NCBI GenBank assembly: GCA_964106915.2
Contig: OZ066915.1
Direction: 5' to 3' (one strand)
Source of the DNA: Podarcis gaigeae
Lineage: Eukaryota
Length of the DNA: 64,000 nt
Shown one piece after another: positions 1-12,447 of the stretch; the first letter of the stretch is position 1, and each line of letters opens with the position of its first letter. Position numbers and translations under genes: made by a program. A model generated the notes under the pieces. That model ran no database searches, was not told the DNA's origin, and worked only from the letters and a program-made list of their open reading frames with translations.

Positions 1-1008
1 GAGGTTTGAGGCAAAGAGGAAACATGTGATGTGAGAAGGCAACTGGACTCTACAGTCAGACACACTGCATGGAGCTCCATGCCTAGTCTAGAATCCAGTC
101 AGTAAATGAACTCAGGCCTTGACAACACAGGCCTGCATACATTATGGGAATTGCTCTTCTTGCTCTCTGGGCCTCACTGCTATCATTTACCTATTAGATT
201 TTCAGTCCACCCTTCTGTAGCCAATCAGTTCTTAGTACCTCTTAATGAGTGGGAAACTAAAGGCTGACCTTAATATATTTTATTTCCTGGAATAGATAAG
301 TCCAGAGATTCCCCTTCTTCTTAGTTGGTTATGCTTTGGTTATTCAGGACACTATTTTCTGGATTTTGAAAACAAGCAGGAATGGGTTGGGAGTCCAGGA
401 TTTGCCACCCTGACACCAAGATATATTATTGCAATCTTACAGTTATTCTTTTCTCAGTTTTCAGAAAAATTGGCTGTGAGTTGGGAGTTCTGAGCGGCAC
501 CGTTTATAATCTGCTTCAGCTACAGATGTTGCAGTGTAAGATGTGAGCAAGGAATGTTTGCTCCGAAAGGGGGTTTAGTTCAAAACTCTTCCAACAGGAA
601 CATGACTTAAAAGGAGTGCAGGAAAATTGTCTCTGAAGTGCATCCAAAACTCATTGCTGGAAAAGGTGTTGGAGGGGTGGATCCAAAAGGTTTATTTGTG
701 GATTTTCAAAGTGCGCCAGACCTAGCTTGCCTCAATTTTAACTGGAAGCAAATGTTGTTGAAGAGGACCATTTGATACACAGACCATTCAATGTGGTCTG
801 ATTTTGTGACTTACTGGGTGTTCAGGGAGCTTTCATTTAATGCTGAAGCAATTACCTGATTGCTTCGCAATATGTGTAAATCACTGCTTAGGCCATGCTG
901 AAAAGAGGATGGAATTGCTCCATTTACCATAGACTGACTAATTTCCTTAAAGTAGACACAATTTCATAGGAGGCTGAGACTAACTTGCCATCTCTCTTTG
1001 TTTTCCAG

Positions 1009-1128
1009 GGCGAGTGTGGGAATTTCATCCGCCTTATCCAGCCCTGGAATCGAACCCACTTGTATGTTTGTGGCACTGGAGCATACAATCCTGTCTGCAC
1101 CTTTGTCAATCGAGGCCGTAAAGCACAG
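1009..1128 (+). CDS. SEMA3F: SEMA3F coding exon (human exon 5 equivalent), Sema domain
   Basis: ttttccag|GGC...CAG|gtgagg; 120 nt; [40 protein letters not shown]. Confidence 0.95.
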
Positions 1129-1506
1129 GTGAGGTACTGAAGGAGCATATGGCTGGGACTGCAGCCAGATCAGTGCTGGAGAAGCATATGGGCTTACTCT
1201 TAGACCATGCTAGGAAAGCAGCCTCTGGCAACATTCAAAAAGCAATAAGGGATTGAGATTCGAGTCTTGGGTAATGAGATGTGGAATCTTCTCAACTGTC
1301 TTATGTTTGTATGTTTGTTTAGCCCATTCATATCCCACTTCTCATGAAAGGGAGCCAAAGGCTGCATACATGAATCCCCACGCCCCACCCCCCACCTTTA
1401 CGTGGCTCTCATTTATCATCCCAACAATTCTGAAAGGTAAGTTAGGCTCTTACCAGCCCCATCAGCAGAAGTCCTGCACAAGGAATTCCGCTTTGCACAA
1501 CAGGGC

Positions 1507-1509
<3 letters not shown>

Positions 1510-1552
<43 letters not shown>
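1510..1552. repeat. (CA)n microsatellite
   Basis: Direct observation. Confidence 0.95.
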
Positions 1553-1553
<1 letters not shown>

Positions 1554-1685
1554 TCTGACAAGGAGATGGAGCTCCAGGTTTTGAAAAAGGTAATGGGGAC
1601 AGTGAAAATATCAGAATAAAACATGTAGACATAGCGTTTCCTAAAAACTAATAATAATAGGGTAAAAACAAAAAAAAAAAATCCT

Positions 1686-1761
1686 TCCAGTAGCACATTA
1701 AAGACCAACTAAGTTAATTCTTGGTATGAGCTTTCGTGTGCATGCACACTTCTTCAGATAC
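1686..1761. mobile_element. Penelope-like fragment
   Basis: tccagtagcacattaaagaccaac...tatgagctttcgtg...cacttcttcagatac; similar pieces at ~42350-42465 and ~60800-60845; family assignment from recall. Confidence 0.5.
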
Positions 1762-2933
1762 ACACATATTAGGGTAGGAAGAGATGAGGTGTTGGGATCA
1801 TATAAAAAGTAATTTGTAACTAGGTCACAAGAAGCATACTGTGTTATTACTTAAATGTATTGTTTTAAACGTCTGATATTATCAGTAATTTTAATATATA
1901 TATTATGGAAACCACTTAGAGGTTTTGATGATTAAGCATTATTTAAATCACATTAAATACATAAAGCCTAATCCTAGTAATCCCCCACTGTGCAGAATGA
2001 GACTTTCTCGTAAGTATAGGAGTAAATGTATAGAATTGTAGCCTTAATTTGTGATAACCATTATATCATGCAAGACCCTCCATGTCACATAAAATTTGTC
2101 AGACTTTAACGGGTTCTCTAACTTGGAAGTATGCCACATTTCACTGAACCATTTCCAAATTTATGGAATCTTATCTGATTTTTATTTACTGGTAACCAGA
2201 TTTTTGGCTGTCATTAACATGTTCCCAGTTAGCTAATAATTGCACTTGTTTACGGAATCTTTCAGTACAGACAAGTAAAATAACCTCTGGTTTCAATGGA
2301 ATTGTTTATCATAGTCATTTCCACCCAGTATGCCTTGGGCAATGCACACAAAAGATGTGTGAAATCAGCCTTATTGTTACAACACCTCTAACATTGTGTG
2401 TTCCTTATATTATATTTGCTTAAACTGTCTAGTGTTAGCATCAAATCTTTAAAATAATACAAGGAGAATCTGCTTGCATAGGTGTGAATATATTTTCCAG
2501 ATTTATTTTATTTTCTGAGAACAACTTAAAAATAGGAAAACCAATTGAAAACCACTTTAGTAAATGCTCTTTTTACAGTATCTTTTTAAGCAGTAGCTAA
2601 ACCTCATTTTAGGGTCTTATCTAGCCCCCAAATTGATTTCTGCCTTACCAACCCCAACCCCATCCCACTAATTTTAGCAGCAGAGGCAATATGTTTTTGG
2701 GAGCGAATGCATAGTTGTACATAAAGTCAAACCCAACAAGCAGATACACATTCAGACTAAATACAGGTCATAAATATTTGACGAGGGGATTTTGATCTCC
2801 GTAGAAGTATGTGTGTATATTTGAGAGAGACCAAAGACTTCTGCATGCTGCATTCTCTGGCCATACCCTGCCATTCCTGCTTCTCTGGCAGGTCACCCTG
2901 CCAGCGCTAACTCTCTGCTCCTCCTCTCCTCAG

Positions 2934-3023
2934 GCTTTTGAGCTGAACCAGTCCATCCAGCAGGGAGGACGGGGAAGTAGAGCAGTTGACTCCTCCCTCC
3001 ACCCGTCTCCAGTGGAACGCAAG
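2934..3023 (+). CDS. SEMA3F: SEMA3F cassette exon (equivalent of the human alternatively spliced 31-aa exon 6)
   Basis: gctaac branch point, pyrimidine tract, cag|GCT...AAG|gtggga; 90 nt, phase 0-0; AFELNQSIQQGGRGSRAVDSSLHPSPVERK shares GRGSRA with the recalled human insert. Confidence 0.85.
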
Positions 3024-6000
3024 GTGGGAATCGCGCTCTGCCCTGCCATGCTCTTCCCCAAGGACACAACTGGCTCCTTTCTTAGCATGCCTGAGCCTGG
3101 GCACTCTAACTTTCATTTTCAACTGGCATGTACCTAACAACTAACTAACAAGGGAAGGGGGCCAGACCTATGGGAATAGGACTGGCCCTTAAATTCACCC
3201 CCCCTTCCCATCTAGCAATGAGCGCGCTTCCTGTACCGCCTCTCCTTGCGTCTCCTCACTTGAACTAACTCCTTCTTCCCCAGGCTCGCACAAGGTTTGT
3301 GCCAGGAAAGAACACTCTCAGGATGTTTGACCTTACTACATTTAGTATAGAACCATGTCCTTGACTGTTTGAAATTGAGACAAATGGATTTGCTGTTTCA
3401 AGCAAAGGTTTGCTTGATGTGAGGTGGCATGAATAACTAGATTGGAGTAATCAAGGTTGTGATGACTGTGGGAGCAGGGGGTGGGGTGGGCCTATTGTAT
3501 ATGCTTAGTTGTTGCGAGGAGTGTGGACTTCATTAATGATTACATACAGTTTTTGTAAGTATGTTTGCTGAGAAATCATGTAAAATAAGAAAATGATGAG
3601 AAAATATGTTTTACTTGTGTATCGGATGTAATGTATGCTTCTTCTACTGATTATTGCAAGTCATAGCCAATGCAGGAAGCCATCCCATTAATTTCCTTTC
3701 CAGTTTTCTCATTGTTGTCATTTAATTGATAAGGATGACCGTTAGTTGGGAGGAGATTATGAGATTTCCATTAGTCTCTATTAGTAGAAACTTTGTGGGC
3801 ATGGTCCTACAATTGGCTAAAGACTTTGGTGTGGGAATGAACTATTTCAGTTGCTCATCTCGTATGGTTTCCCTCTAAGAAACATTATCAAAGCAGCATG
3901 GAATCCAGCCATATGGCAATTCCTACATTGCTCTGTGAACATAGGAATTGGTCCTAATTAACAGAACCCTTTTTATGTCAGATAGTATTAAGGATGGTAT
4001 GTTTCCCCATTTACAGGGTAGTGCTGAATAATTAGATTGATTGAGAGGTTGAGCTCCTAATGTGGATTTGTATGGGACTAAAGCCTCCTTTCACTCAGCA
4101 GTAGGTACTCTCCCATGTGTGTTCAAGATGGTGCACAAAAAAAGAAGACAGGAAATGCTATATGCTATTCTTGTCAAGGCTGAATAGTCTTGGTTGGAGT
4201 GTTTGAAACTTTCACAAGAAAACAGCTGAACCTAATCTTGAGAATCTTAACTTTCCTTAAGGTTTTGGTGTTGCTTGATTGTAAATTGGAGAATCAGCCT
4301 AAAATGTAGTGCTCTGATTTCTTAGCATTTTCTTCCTTGTGTTGGATTCTCTAGTTTTGATAATGCCTTGTCTTACCCCTGGAGTCATCCTGGTAGCTGT
4401 TTTCATCTAAATCTGTAGGGCCTTATTCTGTGCTGCTGAGCTGTAGTGGGGTCATTGTCAAAGACATCATCATCATCATTATTATTATTATTACACAGTG
4501 TATAAGTAACATTGGGTTTTCTTTTTCTCTTTTCTTTACTGAATGTTCCATTTTACACTTCAAAACAGAAAACTCACAAGTGGCACAATCACTTTTGCAT
4601 TTTCCACAAGAAGCACATTTTTTCTCGGTGCTGAACAATGGCATTTGACACCAAAGCAGTCTGCCCACATAAGCCCAAAGCTCTAAATAAAAAGGAAATG
4701 CAACTCCTAAGCAAAATCATCTTTCCAGAAAGAATGCATGTCTATGGGTTTCCTAAACGGGTTGGCACTCAACACTGCTTGTGGGAAGATGTGCCACACA
4801 CAGCATTCTCGGTTTCTATACAGAGACTGAAAGTCTTCCGTTCCAGTTTTTTATTATTTATTGCATTTATTATTTATTAGTAGGAAAAGAAGTTCTCAAG
4901 CTGACTTAACAGCATGGTATGACATGTTCCTCTAAGGGCAACACCTTAAACTACAACTAAGTGTAATTATCTGTAGGTATAACTGCTTAGTAGCCTGCAT
5001 CTGCTGTCTGCAGGATTTACTAGAACTATAGTTTTGTGTGTCAACACTTAGTCTCATTCAAAAGCCAGCTTTCATTTTCCTGCTCTTTGTAGCTTGAATC
5101 TCCAGCTTCTACTTGATGTGCTATATATATTATCACTGATTGCTATTAGCCAGTTAAAATGCATTGCACAATGTCAGGAGCCATCCTACTTTCCTCACTC
5201 CCTTGGGCATTGTCACCATGTGTTTGACATACATTAGAAAGAGGAAGCAAGCCTTCACTGATATCCTGCCACTGTTGACCTCCCAAGCTGTTAGCACAAG
5301 GAGGTGGGGAAGAGAGTGGGATGTATCAGATGATGAGAAGTTGCAAAGGGAATGCAGTAGAAAACACACTTGTCACATCCTACTGCAGTCTGGAACCCTT
5401 CAAGCCCCCTTTTCTATCTTTTGGTAAATTACAGATCACAACCACCACCTGTGGATGGAACCTATAACGGCACCAAATAATACAATTTGTGACATTCCCA
5501 TTAGCACAACTCTTGTAAACTGTGTTGTGCTTAAACTTCAAACAGCTGTTTTATCCCAAACATATCAATCCTGTTCCATTTATTTGTATACCATGTAAAG
5601 AAACTGCATTTGCACTTGTCTCCAGTCAAGTGGACTTCTATGGACAGGTGTCCCTATCCCCACTTTAATAAAGAATCCTTGCAACATTTAGTGCTCTTTT
5701 CAAAGTCATCCGTGAAATCCCAAGAGTGCCACAGGCTTTAGCAAAATAACCAGGAGTCTCAAATTATGAATCAGAGACAGAGGTGCAGACAAAGTTAGCT
5801 CAGCTCAGGTTCCAGATACAAACACAGGAGGCTCATAATGCCCACCTAAATGCATAGTGGGGAAAGTACTTATTAACTGTAAGATATATGCAGGATCAAA
5901 TCATTTGGCGAAAATAAAAAATAAATTTAGAGCTGAGACAAATTGAAAGGAATTGCAAAATAAGAGGGTGCTTGTGTGGCATTAAAAAGTCATCAGGTTT

Positions 6001-7089
6001 GATGCACCACCACATCAATGCCCTTTCCTCCACAGCCACCTGCTGCACCTCAGTTGACTAGAATTGAGCCCTGGCTAAGGGCGTAGAGGCTGGGTAGGCT
6101 TATGTGGAGGGAGGGGGTTATTTTGGGACCCTGGTCCCAAGCCAGTTAGACCCCTGCACTTTCTTACAAAAACCTGTCACTATTCAACTGTCTGTATCTA
6201 GTGAGAACTCTTTGGATATGTGTCTGTGCTGGCATTAGCTGGTATTTCTGGCCCCCACGAAGCTGTATGCTGGGACCACAAATTCCCTATGCTCATATTC
6301 ATGTCTGTTCTTTTATCTCATTCACTCATCCCAACTCTAGTTCCTTATGCTGCTGACTCAGCCCATTCTGCTAAAAGTAGCTGACTTTAGCCATTCCTCA
6401 GGTGAAAGATGAACTACAGAAAGGGGTTTATTCTGTCCAATCCAATCCATCTTGAAGACAGCATCAGCATCATTTACCAAAGATCAATAGGGTGAATGCT
6501 GTCAAAAGAATGAACTCAATAATAGTCTGAGTTTAAAATATTTGAACCGTGTATCTCACACTCCCTATCTTTTCAGTCCTTACACCACCCCATTCTTAAA
6601 ACACAAAGCCTTTAAACTGCTCTGCTTTCCATTCGTTGGATGGAGGGGGGGAGCCCTGAAAAGTTCTCACATTTTTGTAGGAAAGATCTGTTAATAAATA
6701 GCCACAATTCTAGAACAGTAGCTGCACAATGGCCAGTTGGACACTATTCAACAAAGGAAGATGTTTAGCTTAGAAAAACAAGGGACAGTATCAGTAGTAA
6801 ATATTTTTCATGGCCAATACAGATATAATAAAATATTTTAACAGACTTTTGTTTTCTTTAAAAACATGCTGAAGTCATTTTTGTGACATTTTAATAAAAA
6901 CATTTTGGGTAAAATTATATGAACACATATGTATACTTCCCAATAAATCAATAATATAAAAATAAGTATGCTCCAGCTAAAATTTACATCTCATTTAACA
7001 GAAGCTATTTAACAGTTCATGCCAATGTTTGTCTACTCAGAAGTAGGTCCAACTGAGGGTACTTTCAGTTGGATGTCTATTGTGGGATT

Positions 7090-7117
7090 ATTGATTGATT
7101 GATTGATTGATTGATTG
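7090..7117. repeat. (ATTG)n microsatellite
   Basis: Direct observation. Confidence 0.9.
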
Positions 7118-9061
7118 CCACATTCACATAACATTGTTGGCATCAAAATGTTAGCCCACATCCTCCTCACTCCAAATTAATCTGCATAGACCCTTTCTAG
7201 AGGAAATCTGATATATACCACCTGTTGCCAACAATCTTGTTTGCAATAGCTCAATGACCTGTTTTCATTTTAACCTCCTGTCTGGAAGCAGGGGCCTACT
7301 CTCAAGTAAGTATGTCAAGTTCTGCAACCTAAGCCACTCCCATCGAAATAAATGGGAATTAAAAGCAGTGCCAGATTAAACCCTGTGGAGGCCCCTAGGC
7401 AGTCAAAATCCTGTCCTTCCCCTTGTGCATGCACTCTAATGGGATAATATTGAACTAGGAAAACTTGATTGTAATTTTCTTTCAGATCAAATCAATATTA
7501 TTTTGATCCGTTGTTTCAGGGCCTCTAAAATGCACGAGGCCCAGTGGTCAGTGCCTACTCTCCGCCTATTTGGTAACCTGGTACTATTTAATAGTGCTTA
7601 ACATTGGCAGATTAGGTTTAATGTTTTTATCAAACCACAAGAGGAAACCTCTTAAACCTTTTCACGGCATTTTTCTTTAATTTCTAAATGGCTTCCAGCC
7701 CACTAAAGCAGTGATTTCCAAACATTTCATTAAAAAGATCCACTTGTGGGATTTCTTTCCCAAATGTTGATTCTACCACCCTGGCTTGGCAGTCTCTTCT
7801 CCACTGCTCCTTCTGCCACATTGGCACCTACAAGCATTGCCAGCATCCTAGCAACCCTCTTATAAGGCCAGAAGTGGATCCCAGTGTACCGCTTGTGAGT
7901 CACTGGAGTAATGAGTCATTAGTTTCATGATAGGAGGGATTCAAATGGCATTCACTCACTCTGCATTTCTCAGCAATATTTAATGCCTGCATCCTATCTG
8001 CTCTGCTTATAGCTGTTGGTTGTCCTCTAGGGGGTGGGGGGAAATGTGACATCCATGATTTATTGTTGTTTCATACTCAGAAGAGGTTGTAGCACAGGGT
8101 GTCTAAAGGCAATCTGAAGTTCATCAGTGCCTAGGTACTACTTAGTAATAGTATATGGTAACTTGACACTTACCTGTAGTGTTCACATATTACAGCACAC
8201 GGTTGTTTCACTTCACCCAGTCGTCATACCCAGTGGAAAAAGTCTGAAAACGTAATATTGTGTACAAACATTGCAGGGAAAACGATGAATCTTTGGCTAG
8301 AATGTTACATCCAGTGTTTCTTGAGATGGAGAGGTCCAGAAGTATGAATTTTGGGAATGGCTTTGTAAAGTAGCACCATGCGGATAAAGATGGTGGGATA
8401 CACTATTTTTATATTAATGTGGGTTTTTTTTTTCATTTATAGAACAGGTTTCTTTAGGAGGAGAAATGTTACTTCTGCAACTTTAAAATGGGACACATAT
8501 TTGGGAGGTGTACAAAAGAGTTAGAAAGTGAATGTTCCTGTAAATCGGTCAATGCAGTAACTTTAGAGAGTGGCTCTGCTGCCACATTTCTTAGAGTTGA
8601 CTTGAAATTGATATAAAACTTGTAAGAGTAGCATGTATACAGTACTGCAGTTGCTAGGGGGATGTTTGCTCCAGCTTTCTACATGGCTTGGTGATGATTT
8701 TTCTTCATGCCTCCACAGGGTCTCTGAACAAAATAAAGTCTGTAGTGGCATGGAAAAATAGCTTTGCATGGTGAGGTAATGAACTCACCAGTGAGTCAGC
8801 CACCATTGAAAAATGATTTAAAGCAGCTTCCATGGGGTAGACATATTACATGCCAGGATTTCTTACATTCCACTTCTTGTAACCTTGTTGGACAAAAATT
8901 CCACTCCAGAGAGATGCGGTTTGGACACTGTGATTCACGTATTCAGCATCTTATGTTCCATGTACTTTTAGATGCTCTCTGATTAAAAAGACTTGTGAAG
9001 GCCTAAGGTAATAGTGTGTGGTAAAGCAAATCATTGATCTACCTGTTGCCTTACTTTCCAG

Positions 9062-9155
9062 GATTACATATTCTACCTGGAACCAGAGAAGCTTGAGTCA
9101 GGAAAAGGAAAATGCTCGTATGACCCAAAGGTGGACACCGTATCAGCATTAATAA
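9062..9155 (+). CDS. SEMA3F: SEMA3F coding exon 7
   Basis: ttccag|GAT...ATA A|gtgagt; 94 nt; DYIFYLEPEKLESGKGKCSYDPKVDTVSALI. Confidence 0.95.
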
Positions 9156-9194
9156 GTGAGTTCCATGGTTGTGCAACATCAGTCATTCTATAGG

Positions 9195-9305
9195 CATACA
9201 ATTGGAGAGTTGGAAGGGACCCCCAGGACCATCTAGTCCAACCTCCTGCAATGCAGGAATCTCAACTAAAACATCCATGACAGATGGTCATCCAGCCTCT
9301 GTTGA
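9195..9305 (-). mobile_element. CR1-like LINE 3' fragment
   Basis: gagttggaagggaccccc...atctagtccaacc is the reverse of the CR1 3' end; shares sequence with 31346-31497. Confidence 0.7.
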
Positions 9306-9730
9306 GAAATTTCCCTTCATTATGAGTTCTAAAACGATATCAGGATTGATAAGGGGGAGGGGAGCTATGCTACTTATAAGCATGCAGCGCAACAGCTGCT
9401 CTGTGTCAGGAAATGGTTTTGGCCATCCTCAGGCATGGATGAGTTAGCTGGAAATGTCATCGGAGTTAATGGGGAAAGATCATGGCCTCTCGGATGCTGA
9501 TAAAGAAGAGAAAGGACATACTATTCACTAAACTGCAGTGTCCCATCTGGTGGGAGAAGAGGAGGACTAGGGCTTTGGCGAATAGCAAAGTTCTGAGAGG
9601 TTCCTTGGCAAAATTTCACAGATGACATTTATGTCACTTCATTATGGTCCAATTGTTTCCACATATCCATCAGACATGATTATTCCTCCCACTGCCCTAG
9701 CATTCCAAAACAACACAATGCCTGATTTGC

Positions 9731-9797
9731 CAGCTATATTCACGTATAGTCAGCTATATTCTGACTTAAGCCAGCTATATTCTGACTTAAGCCAGCT
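9731..9797. repeat. Short tandem duplication, 20-21-bp unit
   Basis: cagctatattctgacttaagc twice exactly, plus one diverged upstream unit. Confidence 0.85.
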
Positions 9798-11742
9798 GCA
9801 AATTTCACGCAGACCCCTCTACTTCCCTTGAGAAACCTGGTCCTTTCCTTTGTTCATGCTAGAGTTACCAATGTATATTTTACTCTTCCCCCTTAATATC
9901 TGTATATAAATATATCTTTGAATGTTCTCATCTTCTTGGATTCTTATATCCTTCCCTCACCACATAGACCCACCTTTTTTCACTCAACCCCAGGTTGATT
10001 TCAAGTATGGGCATCCTCTGAACTTTGTCCTGTGTGGCCATACCATCTCCCGCAGGGCCCCTCCATCTCCAGTTCAAATGGTGGCTCAAGCTCCACAGGG
10101 CTTTCCACTATGTGGAGGGCTGGGGTTACAAAACTTCACAGCAGGGAGATAATGAGGAGTGGTATCATTGTCCTGCTGACCCTGGGCCTACTACTGGCAC
10201 AACAGCTGCACCAATCTCCCCTAAGAGTCGGTTCCAGTGCTGGCCAAAGTTCTTTCTTCCTGCAAATCCCCCAACCCCTTGATATGGCCTGGCTGCCTCT
10301 GATCTTGTCCAAGCATTAGTATCCATTTACATGACAAGCCCCAAACTTCTTAATTAATCTGAAAGCAGCTGCAGCACTGGCCTGAGACAGGCAGGAATTG
10401 TGCCCTTGTACCAGTGGGTTCCTGGCTGAGTGCTGGACCTGATTAGCAGCTTTGCTAATGAACTTAGGTTCATTTCTGTAAGCCTTCCTAATTTCTGTAT
10501 AAGAGATTCAGTGCAGCGGTAGGGAAACTATGGAAGGGCACCTAACAGTTCATATGTTGTGCATGACTAATAATCTTGATCCTTTTCTCCCCTGCCTTTG
10601 ATCATTATGAGGTTTCTTCTATCAATGAAAGGTCAGAGCAACAAGAAAGGGCCCCTTCTACAGAGACCTTGCTTTCCCCTTGTCATTTCTTTTCATTCCC
10701 ACTCTCCAAGAACAATTCACACAGATTCTAAGTTTGATCTCACACTTACTACCAAATAGGATCACCATACCACCCCCCCAAAAAATTATAGCATTTAATT
10801 AATTCATCTTTAAGTATATAGCCGTTCCATGCTGACAGCAGCTTCAGGCATGACCTGAATGAAGTCAAGGAGACCAGGAAGTGCAGGTGCTTCGCCCTTT
10901 TCCTTTTCCCACATCTCTTATTGTGTTACTCAATACAATAATTCTTGTGCATGGACGAGAATTAGGAGATACAGTCCCCCTTTACTCTTTATTTCATGTT
11001 CTAATTCCAGACTTCTGAATCCTCCTGAGTATTAGCACCTAAAGCATCTGAGTTAGGGGAGGGGAACTTCTTTTCCTCTAACTTCTAAGTTGGCCTGTAA
11101 GAATTGTGGGTGATGCCACCAGAGTGGGGTGACATGAAAAGGCTGCATGTTTCCGCAAGGGAGAAGATGGGGAAAAGAGCACAGAACCAGGCTATTTAAA
11201 CTATATTAGGTGTGAAGGGCAGTTGATACACCTAGGATCAAACTAGATAAGATGCAGGAAATCTGTGATTGGCTCTCTTGAAGTTTCTTGGTGTTTGGGT
11301 GGTGGTGGCTTTTTTAAAGCAGCTGCGGGGGGTGGGGGGCTTGAATGGAATGAGGCAGTGGCACTGGGAGAGGGATTAATCCCCCCACACACACGGATTT
11401 CCCAGTCTAAATCACATTTCCCCTCAAAGCTGAGAAAAAATAAATATGGCTGCCTGTATACTATTTACCCTATCAGGCAAATAGTAGAAGTGGCTGCAGT
11501 ATAGACAAGAAAAAGGCCCTGTTTGAATTCTCCCTCCTCTGAACACTGTGTTCAGAGGTTGTGTGTGAGAGAGGAAGATGGGGAGAGAAAACTCTAATCA
11601 GAGCTTTCTTATTGAGTTTGAGAATGAAAGGACTACAGAAGGAGGTGAGTTTCTCCTTTTCCTACCCATTTAAGAGTTCTGAGCAAATAAATGAATGAAT
11701 GTTGAGGATCTAAGAGAGATAATGGTTCCAGTTTCATAGTCT

Positions 11743-11994
11743 GGAGCCAGTGTGGTGTAGTGGTTAAGAGCGGTAGTCATGTAATCTGGGGAACCGGGTT
11801 CGCGTCTCCGCTCCTCCACCTGCAGCTGCTGGGTGACCTTGGGCCAGTCACACTTCTCTGAAGTCTCTCAGCCCCACTCACCTCACAGAGTGTTTGTTGT
11901 GGGGGAGGAAGGGAAAGGAGAATGTTAGCCGCTTTGAGACTCCTGAAGGGGAGTGAAAGGCGGGATATCAAATCCAAACTCTTCATCTTCTTCT
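11743..11994 (+). mobile_element. tRNA-derived SINE (Squam3-like)
   Basis: A-box tggtgtagtgg, B-box-like gggttcgcgtctcc, CORE-like gggtgaccttgggccagtcac, (CTT)n tail; CpGs retained. Confidence 0.75.
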
Positions 11995-12327
11995 ACTGTC
12001 TGTGCCATCCATGCCCAAAATAAAACTTTGCATTCTTTTCTCACATGGAGATGTACAAACCCCTGGTGCACAACTTTTTTTGGGGGGGGTGGATAGACGT
12101 GGGAAAAGAAGAAGGTTGAGGTACTTTTCTTCACATCATTGTTCAAAGTGCCAGTGAGTAGCTTCCCTGTTTCTGTAGGTATCATTTAAGAAATGAACCA
12201 TTCCAGGAATTTCATATATTTCCCCCCATCCCTCTCTTTCACAGAACCAGTGGGGTGAGTGGTTGGGAATCCTGCCTCAACAAAACTCTCAATTAATTTT
12301 CTTCCCCCTATCCTCTGTTGTCCACAG

Positions 12328-12447
12328 ATGAAGAACTCTATGCTGGTGTCTACATTGACTTCATGGGCACTGATGCCGCCATCTTCCGCACCATGGGCAA
12401 GCAGACTGCCATGAGGACTGACCAATACAATTCCCGTTGGTTAAATG
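12328..12447 (+). CDS. SEMA3F: SEMA3F coding exon 8
   Basis: ccacag|AT...AAT G|gtgagt; 120 nt; EELYAGVYIDFMGTDAAIFRTMGKQTAMRTDQYNSRWLN. Confidence 0.95.
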
